A DNA stretch of 64,000 nt, taken from assembly GCA_963846665.1 (NCBI GenBank), contig CAWJWW010000002.1, forward strand, positions 560,733 through 624,732, written 5' to 3'. This stretch comes from an uncultured Gaiellaceae bacterium. Lineage in GTDB: Bacteria; Actinomycetota; Thermoleophilia; Gaiellales; Gaiellaceae. The position numbers and the translations under genes are program-made. The notes beneath the pieces were generated by a model that did not search any database, had not been told where the DNA came from, and was given only the letters and a program-made list of their open reading frames with translations. Of this stretch, positions 34,608 to 44,663 are shown piece by piece. Numbering within the stretch: the first letter of the stretch is position 1; every line of letters begins with the position of its first letter.

Positions 34608-35965
34608 TGTTCTCCCGCGTCCTCGTGGCGAACCGCGGCGAGATCGCCGTGCGCGTGATCCGGGCGATCCACGAGCTCGGGGCCGAGGCGGTCGCGGTCT
34701 ACTCGACCGCGGACGAGGAGTCGCTCCACGTCAGGCTCGCCGACCGGGCGGTCAAGATCGGCCCGCCGGCCGCGAACCTGAGCTACCTGAGCATCCCCGC
34801 CGTGATCGCGGCCGCCGAGACGACCGGCTGCGAGGCGATCCATCCCGGCTACGGCTTTCTCTCCGAGAACCCCGACTTCGTCCGGGCGTGCGCGGACAAC
34901 GAGCTCGTCTTCGTCGGCCCCACCGCCGACGTGATGGAGCGGATGGGCGACAAGGCCCGCGCGAAGGAGGAGATGCGCGCGGCCGGCGTCCCGCTCGTCC
35001 CGGGGACCGAGGGTGCCGCGACGCTCGCCGAGGCGAAGGCCGCCGCTGCCGAGCTCGGCTTCCCGGTCCTCCTGAAGGCGACAGCGGGCGGGGGCGGCAA
35101 GGGGATGCGGCTCGTCCACGCCGCGGAGGAGCTGGAGGCCGCCTATTCGACCGCCCGCGTCGAGGCCGAGGCGGCGTTCAACGACGGCTCGCTCTACGTC
35201 GAGAAGGCGATCTCCCCGGCGCGCCACGTCGAGATCCAGGTGCTCTGCGACAGTCAGGGCGGCGTCCTCACCCTCGGCGAGCGCGAGTGCTCGGTCCAGC
35301 GGCGCCACCAGAAGCTGATCGAGGAGTCGCCCTCGCCCGCGCTCGACCCGAAGCGCCGCGAGGAGATGGAGGATGCGGCCGAGCGCGCCTGCCGGGCGAT
35401 CGGCTACGAGAACGCCGGCACGTTCGAGTTCCTGCTCGGCCCCGAGGGCGACTTCCATTTCATCGAGCTGAACGCGCGGCTCCAGGTCGAGCACCCGGTC
35501 AGCGAGCTCGTGACCGGGATCGACGTCGTCCGCGAGCAGCTCCGCGTCGCCGCCGGCGAGCCCCTGTCCCTCACCGGCCGGGCCCCAAGGCGCGGGCACG
35601 CGATCGAGATCCGGCTGAACGCGGAGGATCCCTCGCACGACTTCAGGCCTGCTCCCGGCAAGATCACCCGCTTTCGAGCGCCGCTCGGGCCGGGCGTCCG
35701 GGTCGACACCTTCCTCGAGGAGGGCTCGACGATCTCGCCCTACTACGACTCGCTGATCGCCAAGCTGGTGGTCTGGGCGGAGGATCGCGACAGCGCGATC
35801 GCGCGGGCGATCAGGACGCTGGAGGAGCTCGAGCTGGAGGGGATCCCGACGACCCGGGGGCTCGCGCTCGACATCCTCCGCTCCGGCCCCTTCGCGAGCG
35901 GCGAGTACTCGACGAGCTTCCTGGCCGAGTCCGAGGCCGAGCTGCCGTCGCTGGCCCCGGCATGA
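34607..35965 (+). CDS. accC: biotin carboxylase
   Basis: VLVANRGEIAVRVIRA..HPGYGFLSEN..KATAGGGGKGMR..ELNARLQVEHPV. Confidence 0.95.
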   Translation: MFSRVLVANRGEIAVRVIRAIHELGAEAVAVYSTADEESLHVRLADRAVKIGPPAANLSYLSIPAVIAAAETTGCEAIHPGYGFLSENPDFVRACADNELVFVGPTADVMERMGDKARAKEEMRAAGVPLVPGTEGAATLAEAKAAAAELGFPVLLKATAGGGGKGMRLVHAAEELEAAYSTARVEAEAAFNDGSLYVEKAISPARHVEIQVLCDSQGGVLTLGERECSVQRRHQKLIEESPSPALDPKRREEMEDAAERACRAIGYENAGTFEFLLGPEGDFHFIELNARLQVEHPVSELVTGIDVVREQLRVAAGEPLSLTGRAPRRGHAIEIRLNAEDPSHDFRPAPGKITRFRAPLGPGVRVDTFLEEGSTISPYYDSLIAKLVVWAEDRDSAIARAIRTLEELELEGIPTTRGLALDILRSGPFASGEYSTSFLAESEAELPSLAPA

Positions 35966-36273
35966 CCCAGCAGGGGCACACGATCCGGGGTGCCGGCGGC
36001 GCGATCCGGATCGAAGGCGACGCGCTCGCCGCACTCGTCGTCACGGCGGCGGAGCTCGTCGCCGGCGCCCGGGTCCGGCGCCCCAAGCGCGGTGTCGACG
36101 TCGTCGTCTCCGGCGGTCGGGTGCGGGTCGAGCTCGAGCTGACCGCCCGCTTCGGCGCTGTGCTGCCCGATCTGGCCGCTCGCGTCCAGGAGAGCGTCGC
36201 CGAGGCGCTGAGCAACTCTGCAGGGCTCGACGTCGGAGCCATCGACGTCCAGATCGAGGAGCTCGACGCGTGA
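35962..36273 (+). CDS. Asp23/Gls24 family envelope stress protein
   Basis: 103 aa. GAIRIEGDALAALVVTAA..VRVELELTARFG..LPDLAARVQESV. It sits between accC and nusB, like yqhY in Bacillus. Confidence 0.75.
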   Translation: MTQQGHTIRGAGGAIRIEGDALAALVVTAAELVAGARVRRPKRGVDVVVSGGRVRVELELTARFGAVLPDLAARVQESVAEALSNSAGLDVGAIDVQIEELDA

Positions 36274-36662
36274 GCGCCGCCGTCGGCAGGCGCCAGGCGC
36301 GCCGCACCGCCCTCTTCCTGCTCTACCAGTGGGATCTGACCGGCCAGCCGCTCGCGGCGCTCTACGAGGGGACGCCGGACGACTTCGCGCGCGGGCTGGC
36401 GGACGACGTCTCGGCGAAGGCCGAGGCGCTCGACACCCGGATCACGGCAGCTGCCGAGGGCTGGACGGCGGACCGGCTCGGTATGGTCGAGCGGAACATC
36501 CTGCGGATCGGCGTGCACGAGCTGGAGACGTCGTCGGTGCCGCGGGAGGTGGCGATCAACGAGGCCGTCGTGCTCGCGAAGCGGTACGCCTCGGAGGAGG
36601 CTGCCAGGCTCGTGAACGGGATCCTGGCGCGTGTGGCGAGAGACAGCGAGGAGGGACAGTGA
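36270..36662 (+). CDS. nusB: transcription antitermination factor NusB
   Basis: RRQARRTALFLLYQWD..ERNILRIGVHEL..INEAVVLAKRY. Confidence 0.9.
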   Translation: MSAAVGRRQARRTALFLLYQWDLTGQPLAALYEGTPDDFARGLADDVSAKAEALDTRITAAAEGWTADRLGMVERNILRIGVHELETSSVPREVAINEAVVLAKRYASEEAARLVNGILARVARDSEEGQ

Positions 36663-36871
36663 GCGGAGAGGAGACCGAAGAGGCGCTCGGCAAGGCCGAG
36701 GAGCTGCTGGAGCGGCTGAAGGCGACGCGCGAGGAGCTGGAGCGGCTCGCCGCGGCCGAGAACGCGGAGAACGCGGTCGACGTGCTCGCCGAGCTCGCCG
36801 AGCTCGCGAAGGAGGTCGAGACCGAGCTCGCCAAGGCGCGCGCCCGTGCGGACGCGCCCCCGACGACCTGA
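36659..36871 (+). CDS. small coiled-coil protein (position suggests an exodeoxyribonuclease VII small subunit-like gene)
   Basis: 70 aa, translationally coupled on both sides (GTGA/TGATG). EEALGKAEELLERLKATREELERL. The assignment rests on synteny only (nusB..xseB-ispA in Bacillus). Confidence 0.4.
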   Translation: MSGEETEEALGKAEELLERLKATREELERLAAAENAENAVDVLAELAELAKEVETELAKARARADAPPTT

Positions 36872-37644
36872 TGGCGCACTCGCCCGACGAGCTGCGCGGT
36901 CTCGTCGAGGAGGCGCTCGGCGCGCTCGACCTCGCACCGGAGCTCGGTGAGCTCCAAGAGGCCGTTCGCTATCCGCTCGAGGCCGGGGGCAAGCGGGTTC
37001 GGCCCGTGCTCTGCCTCGCGGTCGCCGAGGCGGTGGGGAGCGAGCCCGGGGAGGCCCTCGCAGCCGCCGTCGCGCTCGAGCTCGTCCACACCTTCTCGCT
37101 CGTCCACGACGACCTGCCCGCGCTCGACGACGACGACGAGCGACGCGGCCGGCCGAGCGCGCACATCGCCTATGGAGAGGGCGTGGCGCTCCTCGCCGGC
37201 GACGCGCTGCTCGCCGAGGCGTTTCGGCTGGCGCTCACGTATCCCGCGAGCACGGTCGGCCGCGAGCTCGCGCAGGCGACGCTGGCGATGATCGGCGGCC
37301 AGTACCTCGACATCTCCGGCGCGACGACGGATCTCGCCGCCCTGCACCGGCTGAAGACGGGCGCGCTCTTCTCCGCGAGCGTCGGGCTGGCGCTCGCCGT
37401 CGCCGAGGTCCCGGCGCGCGAGCAGGAGCCCTGGCGCGCCTTCGGGGACGAGCTGGGGCTGCTCTTCCAGATCGTCGACGACGTCCTCGACGGCGACGGC
37501 TACGTGCTCGACCACGGCGTCGAGGGAGCGAGGGCGCTCGCCGACGAGGCCGCGGCACGGGCGCGAGCGCGGCTCGACGCCGTCCCCGCGGATACCTCCG
37601 TGCTCGCGGAGATCGTCGTCGGCCTCGCGGCCCGCACTACCTGA
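36871..37644 (+). CDS. polyprenyl (farnesyl/geranylgeranyl) diphosphate synthase
   Basis: [27 protein letters not shown] and [13 protein letters not shown]. Confidence 0.9.
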   Translation: MAHSPDELRGLVEEALGALDLAPELGELQEAVRYPLEAGGKRVRPVLCLAVAEAVGSEPGEALAAAVALELVHTFSLVHDDLPALDDDDERRGRPSAHIAYGEGVALLAGDALLAEAFRLALTYPASTVGRELAQATLAMIGGQYLDISGATTDLAALHRLKTGALFSASVGLALAVAEVPAREQEPWRAFGDELGLLFQIVDDVLDGDGYVLDHGVEGARALADEAAARARARLDAVPADTSVLAEIVVGLAARTT

Positions 37645-38140
37645 GCTCCCGCGCGAGCAGATCGAGGAGGAGCCCGTCGTGGCGGACGCCGTCCAGGTCT
37701 GTCCAGTACTCGCGCAGGATCCCGACGCGGCGGAACCCGACCTTCTCGTAGCAGCGGATCGCCGGCTCGTTGTCCGCCGCCGGGTCGATCGTGAGCACGT
37801 GGTGGCCGCGATCGTCGATCAGGTGCCGGGCGAGCGTGCGGACGGCATCAACGCCGAGGCCGCGGCCCTGGAACGCCTCGGCGACGAAGAGGTCGATCCC
37901 GGCGCTCCGGAACTCCGGCGCGGTTTCCTCGTGATACTCGATCAGACCGGCGAGCTCGCCGTCGACGACGATCGCGAACGGGGTCGCCTCGTCCCGGCCC
38001 TCCACCTTCGCCAGTGTCTCCTCGGCCGTGACGTCGCTCCACCAGCGGCGAACCGACGGCTCCGCCCCGATCTCGACGATCCGAGCGACGTCCGCCTCCT
38101 CGAGCGGGCGGAGGACGACGCGATCTCCACGCAGTTCCAC
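37637..38140 (-). CDS. GNAT family N-acetyltransferase
   Basis: [46 protein letters not shown] 38140 was chosen from the long merged ORF. Confidence 0.75.
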   Translation of the reverse strand: MELRGDRVVLRPLEEADVARIVEIGAEPSVRRWWSDVTAEETLAKVEGRDEATPFAIVVDGELAGLIEYHEETAPEFRSAGIDLFVAEAFQGRGLGVDAVRTLARHLIDDRGHHVLTIDPAADNEPAIRCYEKVGFRRVGILREYWTDLDGVRHDGLLLDLLARELR

Positions 38141-38166
38141 AGCAATGGTGTAACACGGGCGGCGTC

Positions 38167-38172
38167 TACGCT
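38167..38172 (+). promoter_or_regulatory. -10-like hexamer TACGCT, 7 nt upstream of tlyA ATG
   Basis: TACGCT-cccgggg-ATG(38180) read directly. Confidence 0.4.
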
Positions 38173-38179
38173 CCCGGGG

Positions 38180-38948
38180 ATGAAGAAGCGCCTGGACGTC
38201 CTGCTCGTGGAGCGCGGGCTCGCCGAGAGCCGGGCCCAGGCGCAGGCGCTCGTGATCGCGGGGCTCGTCCGGGGCCACGACAAGCCTGGGCATCAGGTCG
38301 ACGAGCACGCGGAGCTCGAGGTCGAGCGGCCGCCCCGGTTCGTCTCCCGCGGAGGCGAGAAGCTCGCCCACGCGCTCGAGCTCGTCGACATCGGGATCGA
38401 GGGACGCTCCGCCGTCGACCTCGGCGCCTCGACGGGCGGCTTCACCGACTGCCTCCTCCAGAACGGGGCGGCGCGCGTCGCCGCGATCGACGTCGGCTAC
38501 GGGCAGCTCCACCCGAAGCTCCGGAACGACCCGCGCGTGACCGTGCTCGAGCGGACGAACGCCCGCGCGCTCACCGAGCTGCCGTTCCCGGCCGACCTGC
38601 TCGTCTGCGACGTCTCCTTCATCAGCGTCCGGATCGCCGTTCCGCCCGTGCTGCGGCTGCTCGAGCCCGGCTGGGACGCCCTCGTGCTCGTGAAGCCGCA
38701 ATTCGAGGCCGGGAAGGCCGACGTGCCGAACGGCGGCGTCGTCCGCGACCCCGAGGTGCACCGGCGGGTCCTCCGCGACGTCACCGCCGCGGCCCTCGGG
38801 CTGGGAGGGACAGGCGGTCGGGGTCGTAGACTCCGGGCTGCCGGGCCCGAAGGGGAACCGCGAGTTCATCGTGCACCTGATCCACCGCGAGGAGGCCGTA
38901 GCGCTGGATGACATCGACGACCGGATCGAGGCAGCAGTTGCCGGCTGA
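38180..38948 (+). pseudogene. tlyA: TlyA family rRNA (cytidine-2'-O)-methyltransferase (frameshift near 38805)
   Basis: S4 domain [18 protein letters not shown] motif [11 protein letters not shown] and VKPQFE. The tail [20 protein letters not shown] is in another frame. Confidence 0.85.
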
Positions 38949-39781
38949 GCCCGCGCCGCGCAGGATCGAGTGCGTCGCCGTCTTCACCCACGGCAAGGCC
39001 GAGGCGATCGGCCCGGCGCTGGCGCGGCTCTCGTCCGTCGCCCGCGACCACGGGGTCTCGCTCCTGCTGGACGAGGTCGAGGCCGCGAAGCACGAGGTCG
39101 CGCAGGCGGACGGGCGCGACGGCCGACCTCGCCGTCGTGCTCGGCGGCGACGGGACGATGCTGCGCGCGCTGACGCGGTTCCTGGGGACGGGCGTGCCCG
39201 TGCTCGGGGTCAACTTCGGCCGCGTCGGCTTCCTCTCCTCGATCCCGGCCAAGGAGCTCGAGCACGGCCTCGCGCGCGCGTTCGAGGGCGAGCACACGGT
39301 CGTGGAGCTGCCGACCCTCGACGTCGAGGTCGCGGGCGAGCGGCTCGTGGCGGTCAACGACCTCGTGGTCACGAGTGCCCTCGTCGGCCGGATGATCCAG
39401 CTCGAGTGGGCGGTCGGGGACGAGCCGCTCGGCCGGATCGGCTGCGACGGGATCGTCTGCGCGACCCCATCCGGCTCGACGGGCTACAACTTCTCGAACG
39501 GCGGCCCCGTGCTCGTCTGGGGCCTCGACGCGATGGCGGTCGCGTTCGTCGCGCCGCACTCCCTGAACGCCCGGCCGCTCGTCGTCCCCCGCGGCCGCGA
39601 CGTGATCGTCTGGAACCGGACGCCGGACGTCGCCGCTGCCGTCCTCGTCGACGGTCACAGGGTCGCGGAGATCCCGCCCGGCGGCCGCGTGGTCGCGCGG
39701 ATCGGCGAAGCGCGCTCGCTGCTCGCCACGCTTCCCGAGGTCACCTTCTTCAGCCGCTACAGCAGAACCTTTGCTTCGTAG
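38908..39781 (+). pseudogene. nadK: NAD kinase (frameshift near 39120)
   Basis: The N-terminus is in frame 38908. DLAVVLGGDGTMLRA..GVNFGRVGFL..CATPSGSTGYN is in frame 39137-39781. The start is uncertain. Confidence 0.85.
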
Positions 39782-41396
39782 CCTCCGCATCGAGAACCTC
39801 GTCCTGATCCGCGAAGCGGAGCTCGTGCCCGCTGCCGGCCTGAACGCGATCACGGGCGAGACCGGCGCCGGCAAGACCATCCTCGCGCAGGCGCTCGGCC
39901 TCCTGCTCGGGAACAAGGGCGACGCGGGGCTCGTCGGCGCGGTCGGCACGGAGGCGTACGTGGAGGCGGAGTTCGACCTACCGGAGGGGTTCCTCGACGA
40001 CGAGGAGCTCGCAGCGCTCGCGGAGCTCGCGCCCGAGGACGAGCCCGGGCTCGTGCTGGCGCGGCGGGTGTTCGCCGACGGCCGGACGCGCGCGTACGCG
40101 TGGGGGCGGGCGGTGGCGCGAGAGGATCTCGCGGCCGCCACGGAGCGGCTGCTTGCGATGTCGGGCCAGTTCGAGCAGCGCCGCCTCGCGCGGCCCTCGT
40201 ACCAGCTCGACGTCCTCGACGCCTACGCGGGCGAGGAGCAGGGTCGCCGCCGCCGGGCGCTCCGGGCCGCCTGGCGGGAGCTCGGCGCCGCCCGGAGGCG
40301 CCACGACGAGCTGACCCGGGACGCCGCCGCCGAGGAGGCGCGGCTCGCGGAGCTCGCGGCGCTCGTCGAGGCGGCCGAAGGGCTCGAGCCGGGCGCCGAG
40401 GAGAGCCTGCGCGTCGAGCGGGAGCGGCTCCGGCACGTGACCGAGCTCGCCGAGGGCGCAGCCCGGGCCGCCGACGCGATCTCCCCGGAGGAGGGCGAGG
40501 GCGCCGCGACGCTCGCGGGCGCCGCCGAGCGCTCGCTCGCTCCGCTCGAACGGCTCGCGCCCGAGCTCGAGGCCGCGGCGCGGGAGCTCCGCGACGTCGC
40601 CGTCCGGCTGCACGAGCTGGGCTCCGACCTGCACGCGTTCCTGGCGTCGCTCGAGGCCGACCCCGGGCGGGTCGAGCAGGTCGAGGAGGAGCTGGAGCGG
40701 ATCGCCGACGCGAAGCGCCGCTTCCGGGCCCAGACCTACGAGGAGCTGCTCGAGCGCGCGAGCGCGGCGCGGGCCGAGCTGGACGCGCTCGCGGGCGGGC
40801 TCGATCCCGCAGCGGCGGCAGCCGAGGCGCTCGCGGCCGCGCAGGCGGAGGTCGACCGGCTGGCGGGCGAGCTGCACGAGGGCAGGACGCAGGCGGCCGA
40901 AGGCTTCGCCGCCGCCGTCGCGGAAGAGCTGCGCGGCGTCGGGATGGGCGAGGGCGAGTTCCACCTCGAGCTGCGCGAGCGCGATCCCGGCGCGAGCGGC
41001 CACGACGAGGCGGTCTTCCTGATCCGCCCGAACGCGGGGCTCCCATTCGGCCCGGTCGCCGAGACCGCCTCCGGTGGCGAGCTCTCGCGGGTGGCACTCG
41101 CGATCGCCGCGGTCGCGGGCGGCGAGACGATGGTGTTCGACGAGATCGACGCCGGGGTCGGCGGGACGACGGCGCATGCAGTCGCGGAGACGCTGCAGCG
41201 GCTCGCCGGGCGGGCGCAGGTGATCACGATCACGCACCTTCCGCAGATCGCGAGCGTCGCCGAGCGCCACTTCCGCGTCGAGAAGGTGCCGGGCGACCCC
41301 ACACACACGCGGATCGAGACCCTCGACGACGCCCAGCGCCGGGACGAGCTCGAGCGGATGCTCGGCGGCCGCGAGTTCCTCTCCGCGCTCCAGTGA
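39771..41396 (+). CDS. recN: DNA repair protein RecN
   Basis: LRIENLVLI..LNAITGETGAGKTIL. A long coiled coil is followed by ASGGELSRVALA..VFDEIDAG. The start codon is TTG. Confidence 0.9.
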   Translation: MLRSLRIENLVLIREAELVPAAGLNAITGETGAGKTILAQALGLLLGNKGDAGLVGAVGTEAYVEAEFDLPEGFLDDEELAALAELAPEDEPGLVLARRVFADGRTRAYAWGRAVAREDLAAATERLLAMSGQFEQRRLARPSYQLDVLDAYAGEEQGRRRRALRAAWRELGAARRRHDELTRDAAAEEARLAELAALVEAAEGLEPGAEESLRVERERLRHVTELAEGAARAADAISPEEGEGAATLAGAAERSLAPLERLAPELEAAARELRDVAVRLHELGSDLHAFLASLEADPGRVEQVEEELERIADAKRRFRAQTYEELLERASAARAELDALAGGLDPAAAAAEALAAAQAEVDRLAGELHEGRTQAAEGFAAAVAEELRGVGMGEGEFHLELRERDPGASGHDEAVFLIRPNAGLPFGPVAETASGGELSRVALAIAAVAGGETMVFDEIDAGVGGTTAHAVAETLQRLAGRAQVITITHLPQIASVAERHFRVEKVPGDPTHTRIETLDDAQRRDELERMLGGREFLSALQ

Positions 41397-41403
41397 GAGC
41401 GGC

Positions 41404-42525
41404 ATGAGCCTCGTCGAGCACAGCGGGGTCGCGCGGCTCGGGCGGCGGACGAAGGAGCTGACGCCCCGCTTGACGCCGGAGGACGTCGCGATCATCGATC
41501 ACACCGACCTCGACCGGGTCTCGGCCGAGGAGCTCGTCGAGTCGGGCGTCCGCGTCGTCGTCAACGTCGCCCCCTCCCAGAGCGGCCGCTTCCCGAACCC
41601 CGGCCCGCTGCAGCTCGTCCGCGGCGGCGTGCGGCTGATCGACGCGCCCGGAGCGGACCTGTTCGAGCAGCTCTCGGACGGCGACCGGATCACGATCAGG
41701 GGCGCGAGCGTCTTCCGCCGAGGCGACTGCCTCGTCAACGGCCACGCCTTGGACGAGCGGGAGCTCGAGGCGGCGCTCGCCGAGCAGCAGAGCCGGGTCA
41801 CCACGGCCCTGCGCGAGTTCGCAGACAACACGATGCGGTACCTGAGGGAGGAGGGCGAGCTCCTGACGGCGGGGATCGAGTTCCCCGCTCTCCGGACGAG
41901 CTTCCGCGGCCGGCACGCGCTCGTCGTCGCGCGCGGGCCCGGGCACAAGCGCGACCTCCGGATCGTCCGGCCGTACGTCCGCGACTTCAAGCCGGTGCTG
42001 GTCGCGATCGACGGCGGCGCGGAAGCGCTCCGGGAGGAGGGCTGGCGGCCCGACGTGATCGTCGGGGACATGGACTCCGTCTCCGACGAGGCGCTCCGTG
42101 CCTGCTCGGACGTCGTCGTCCACGCGTACCGGGAGGGGCACGCGCCCGGCGAGGAGCGGCTGCGGGCGCTCGGCGTCCCGTTCTCGACCGTCTCGGCGCC
42201 GGGGATCTCCGAGGACGTGGCGCTCCTGCTCGCCCAGGAGAAAGGGGCGGAGCTGATCGTCGCCGTCGGGACGCACCTGAACCTCGTCGAGTTCCTGGAG
42301 CGGAACCGGGCCGGGATGTCCTCGACCTTCGTGACGCGGCTGAAGGTGGGGGAGATCCTCGTCGATGCGAAGGGCGTCTCCCAACTCGTGAGCAGGCGGG
42401 TCGGGATCTGGCCGCTCGTCGCGCTGACCGCCGCCGGGCTCGCCGGGATCGTGGTCTCGATCGCGGCGTCGCCGGCGCTGCGCAGCGTCGTCACCGGCCT
42501 CGCCGAGTCGCTGATCGGCCGCTGA
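41404..42525 (+). CDS. steA: putative cytokinetic ring protein SteA
   Basis: GVARLGRRTKELTPRL..DHTDLD..VVNV..IVGDMDS, with a C-terminal TM. It lies downstream of recN, as in other Actinobacteria. Confidence 0.75.
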   Translation: MSLVEHSGVARLGRRTKELTPRLTPEDVAIIDHTDLDRVSAEELVESGVRVVVNVAPSQSGRFPNPGPLQLVRGGVRLIDAPGADLFEQLSDGDRITIRGASVFRRGDCLVNGHALDERELEAALAEQQSRVTTALREFADNTMRYLREEGELLTAGIEFPALRTSFRGRHALVVARGPGHKRDLRIVRPYVRDFKPVLVAIDGGAEALREEGWRPDVIVGDMDSVSDEALRACSDVVVHAYREGHAPGEERLRALGVPFSTVSAPGISEDVALLLAQEKGAELIVAVGTHLNLVEFLERNRAGMSSTFVTRLKVGEILVDAKGVSQLVSRRVGIWPLVALTAAGLAGIVVSIAASPALRSVVTGLAESLIGR

Positions 42526-42553
42526 GCCGGCCCGCCCTGCGACACTTCGAGTC

Positions 42554-43444
42554 GTGCTGGACTTCCGCTACCACGCGTTCTCGCTCGTCGCGGTCATCCT
42601 GGCCTTCGTGATCGGGATCCTCGCCGGCGTCGGGATCTCGGGCCGCGGCTACATCGACGACGCCGAGCGTGGCGGGTACAACCGGAGGATCGCGGACCTC
42701 GAGACGCAGGTGACGGCGGCCCGCGACCGCTCCGACGAGCTCGAGCGCCGCCAGGCAGCTGCGCAGGACTTCGTCGTCTCCGCGTACCCGGCGCTCGTCG
42801 AAGGGCGGCTGGCGGGCAAGCGGGTCGCGGTGCTCGTCGTCGGCTCGCTCGATCCCACCTACGACGCGCTTCGCCGCGCCGTCTCGGACGCGGACGGCAC
42901 GATCGTCCGGATGCGCGCGGTCGACGTCCCGCTCGATGTCGACCGGGTGGAGCGGGCGCTCGGCGCCGACCCGGACTTCGGCGGCTACGTCGGCGTCGAC
43001 GAGCTGGACAACGTGGGCCGCGACCTCGCGCGCGAGCTGGTGGCGGGGGGCGAGACGCCGCTCTGGGACGCGCTCTCGGACGACATCGTCGAGGAGCGCA
43101 CCGGGGCGTCGACGCTGGTCGCAGATGCCGTCGTCGTCCTTCGCACCGTCGAGCCGCAGCAGGCCGAGACGGCCCAGTTCCTCGCCGGCGTCTACGGCGG
43201 CCTCGCGAGCACGAGCGCCCCCGCGGTCGGGGTCGAGCTCTCGCGCGCCCAGCAGAGCGCGATCCCGATCTTCCAGAAGCACCGGCTCTCGAGCGTGGAC
43301 GGGCTGGACACACCGCTCGGACGGCTCGCGCTCGTGCTCCTGCTCGGCGGCGCCGCCCCGGGGAACTACGGGATCCGCGACACCGCCGACTCGGGGATCC
43401 TGCCGCCGATCGAGCCGCTGCCGGCCGCTCCCGCGGGTGGCTGA
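42554..43444 (+). CDS. copper transporter MctB-like (DUF3186) membrane protein
   Basis: MLDFRYHAFSLVAVILAFVIGILAG is followed by a coiled segment. This matches the family that follows steA in Actinobacteria. Confidence 0.6.
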   Translation: MLDFRYHAFSLVAVILAFVIGILAGVGISGRGYIDDAERGGYNRRIADLETQVTAARDRSDELERRQAAAQDFVVSAYPALVEGRLAGKRVAVLVVGSLDPTYDALRRAVSDADGTIVRMRAVDVPLDVDRVERALGADPDFGGYVGVDELDNVGRDLARELVAGGETPLWDALSDDIVEERTGASTLVADAVVVLRTVEPQQAETAQFLAGVYGGLASTSAPAVGVELSRAQQSAIPIFQKHRLSSVDGLDTPLGRLALVLLLGGAAPGNYGIRDTADSGILPPIEPLPAAPAGG

Positions 43445-44663
43445 GCCGCCCCTCACGATCCTGATCGCCGCCCGCGACGAGGAGGAGCGGATCGGCACCA
43501 CCGTCCGCGAGCTACGCCAGGCCTTCCCCGAGGCGCAGGTGATCGTCGCGGACGACGGCTCCCGCGACGCGACCGCCCACGTCGCCGCGAGTGCCGGAGC
43601 GCGGGCGCTGCGGCTCCCGCACCGGGGCAAGGGCCAGGCGCTCACCCTTGCCGAGCGGCTCGCGCCTCCGGGCCGCCTTCTCCTCTGCGACGCCGACCTC
43701 CGCGGCGACCTCCGACCCCTCGTCGAGGCCGAGGGCGATCTCGTCGTCGCCGCGTTCGCGCGCAAGCAGGGCGGCGGCGTCGGGCTCGCGAAGGGAGTCG
43801 CGCGCCGGCTGATCTCGCTCGCCGCAGGCCGGGAGCCGCGCGAGCCGCTCTCCGGTCAGAGGGTGCTGTCCCCGGCCGCCAGGGACGCCTGCTTTCCTGT
43901 CGCGGCGGGCTTCGGCGTCGAGACCCGGATGACTGCGGACGCGCTCCGGGCCGGGCTCGAGGTGCACGAGCTCGAGCTCGACCTCGAGCACCGCGCCACC
44001 GTCCGAGACCTCGTCGGCTTCGTCCATCGCGGTCGGCAGCTCCGCGACCTCGTGCTCGCGTTCGGCCCCGAGGCCCGCAATCACCGCGGGCTGCGGCTGC
44101 CGCTCGTCGGCTGGGTGGTCGGCCTCGTGGACCCTCGCGTGCTACCCGTGGCCGTCCTCGGGGTCGCCGACGACCTCTGGAGCGGGGAGGAGCGGGGCTT
44201 CCGCGCCCACCTCCGCTCGGGCTCGACGACCGGTGTGCTCAAGCTCGTCGGCATCCCCGCCTACGCGCTCCTGCGCACGCGCTCGCTCTCCGGTGCGCTC
44301 CTCGTCGGCCTCGCCGCGAACGCGCTCAACCAGCTCGACACACGCCCCGGACGGGCACTGAAGGCCTTCGCGCTGGGGTCGCTGGCGCTCCGCGGCGGGT
44401 GGACACGAGGCCGCGCAGCCGCCGTCCTGCTCGCGCCCTACGATCTGCGGGAGATGGCGATGCTCGGAGACTCCGGCTCGAACGCGCTCGGCGCCATGCT
44501 AGGTTTCGACTCCGTGGAGCAGTTGACACGGAGGCAGCGTTGGAGCGCGATCGTGGCGCTTGCGGGCCTCACCGTCCTCGGAGAGCGCCGCTCGCTCGGC
44601 AGCCTGATCGAGTCGACGCCCGTGGTTCGCGAGCTCGACCGGCTGGGCAGGCAACCGGTATGA
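43437..44663 (+). CDS. family 2 glycosyltransferase fused to a polytopic membrane domain
   Basis: [28 protein letters not shown] is followed by several hydrophobic spans, with a DxxD-like GDSGSNALG motif near the C-terminus. Confidence 0.7.
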   Translation: MAEPPLTILIAARDEEERIGTTVRELRQAFPEAQVIVADDGSRDATAHVAASAGARALRLPHRGKGQALTLAERLAPPGRLLLCDADLRGDLRPLVEAEGDLVVAAFARKQGGGVGLAKGVARRLISLAAGREPREPLSGQRVLSPAARDACFPVAAGFGVETRMTADALRAGLEVHELELDLEHRATVRDLVGFVHRGRQLRDLVLAFGPEARNHRGLRLPLVGWVVGLVDPRVLPVAVLGVADDLWSGEERGFRAHLRSGSTTGVLKLVGIPAYALLRTRSLSGALLVGLAANALNQLDTRPGRALKAFALGSLALRGGWTRGRAAAVLLAPYDLREMAMLGDSGSNALGAMLGFDSVEQLTRRQRWSAIVALAGLTVLGERRSLGSLIESTPVVRELDRLGRQPV

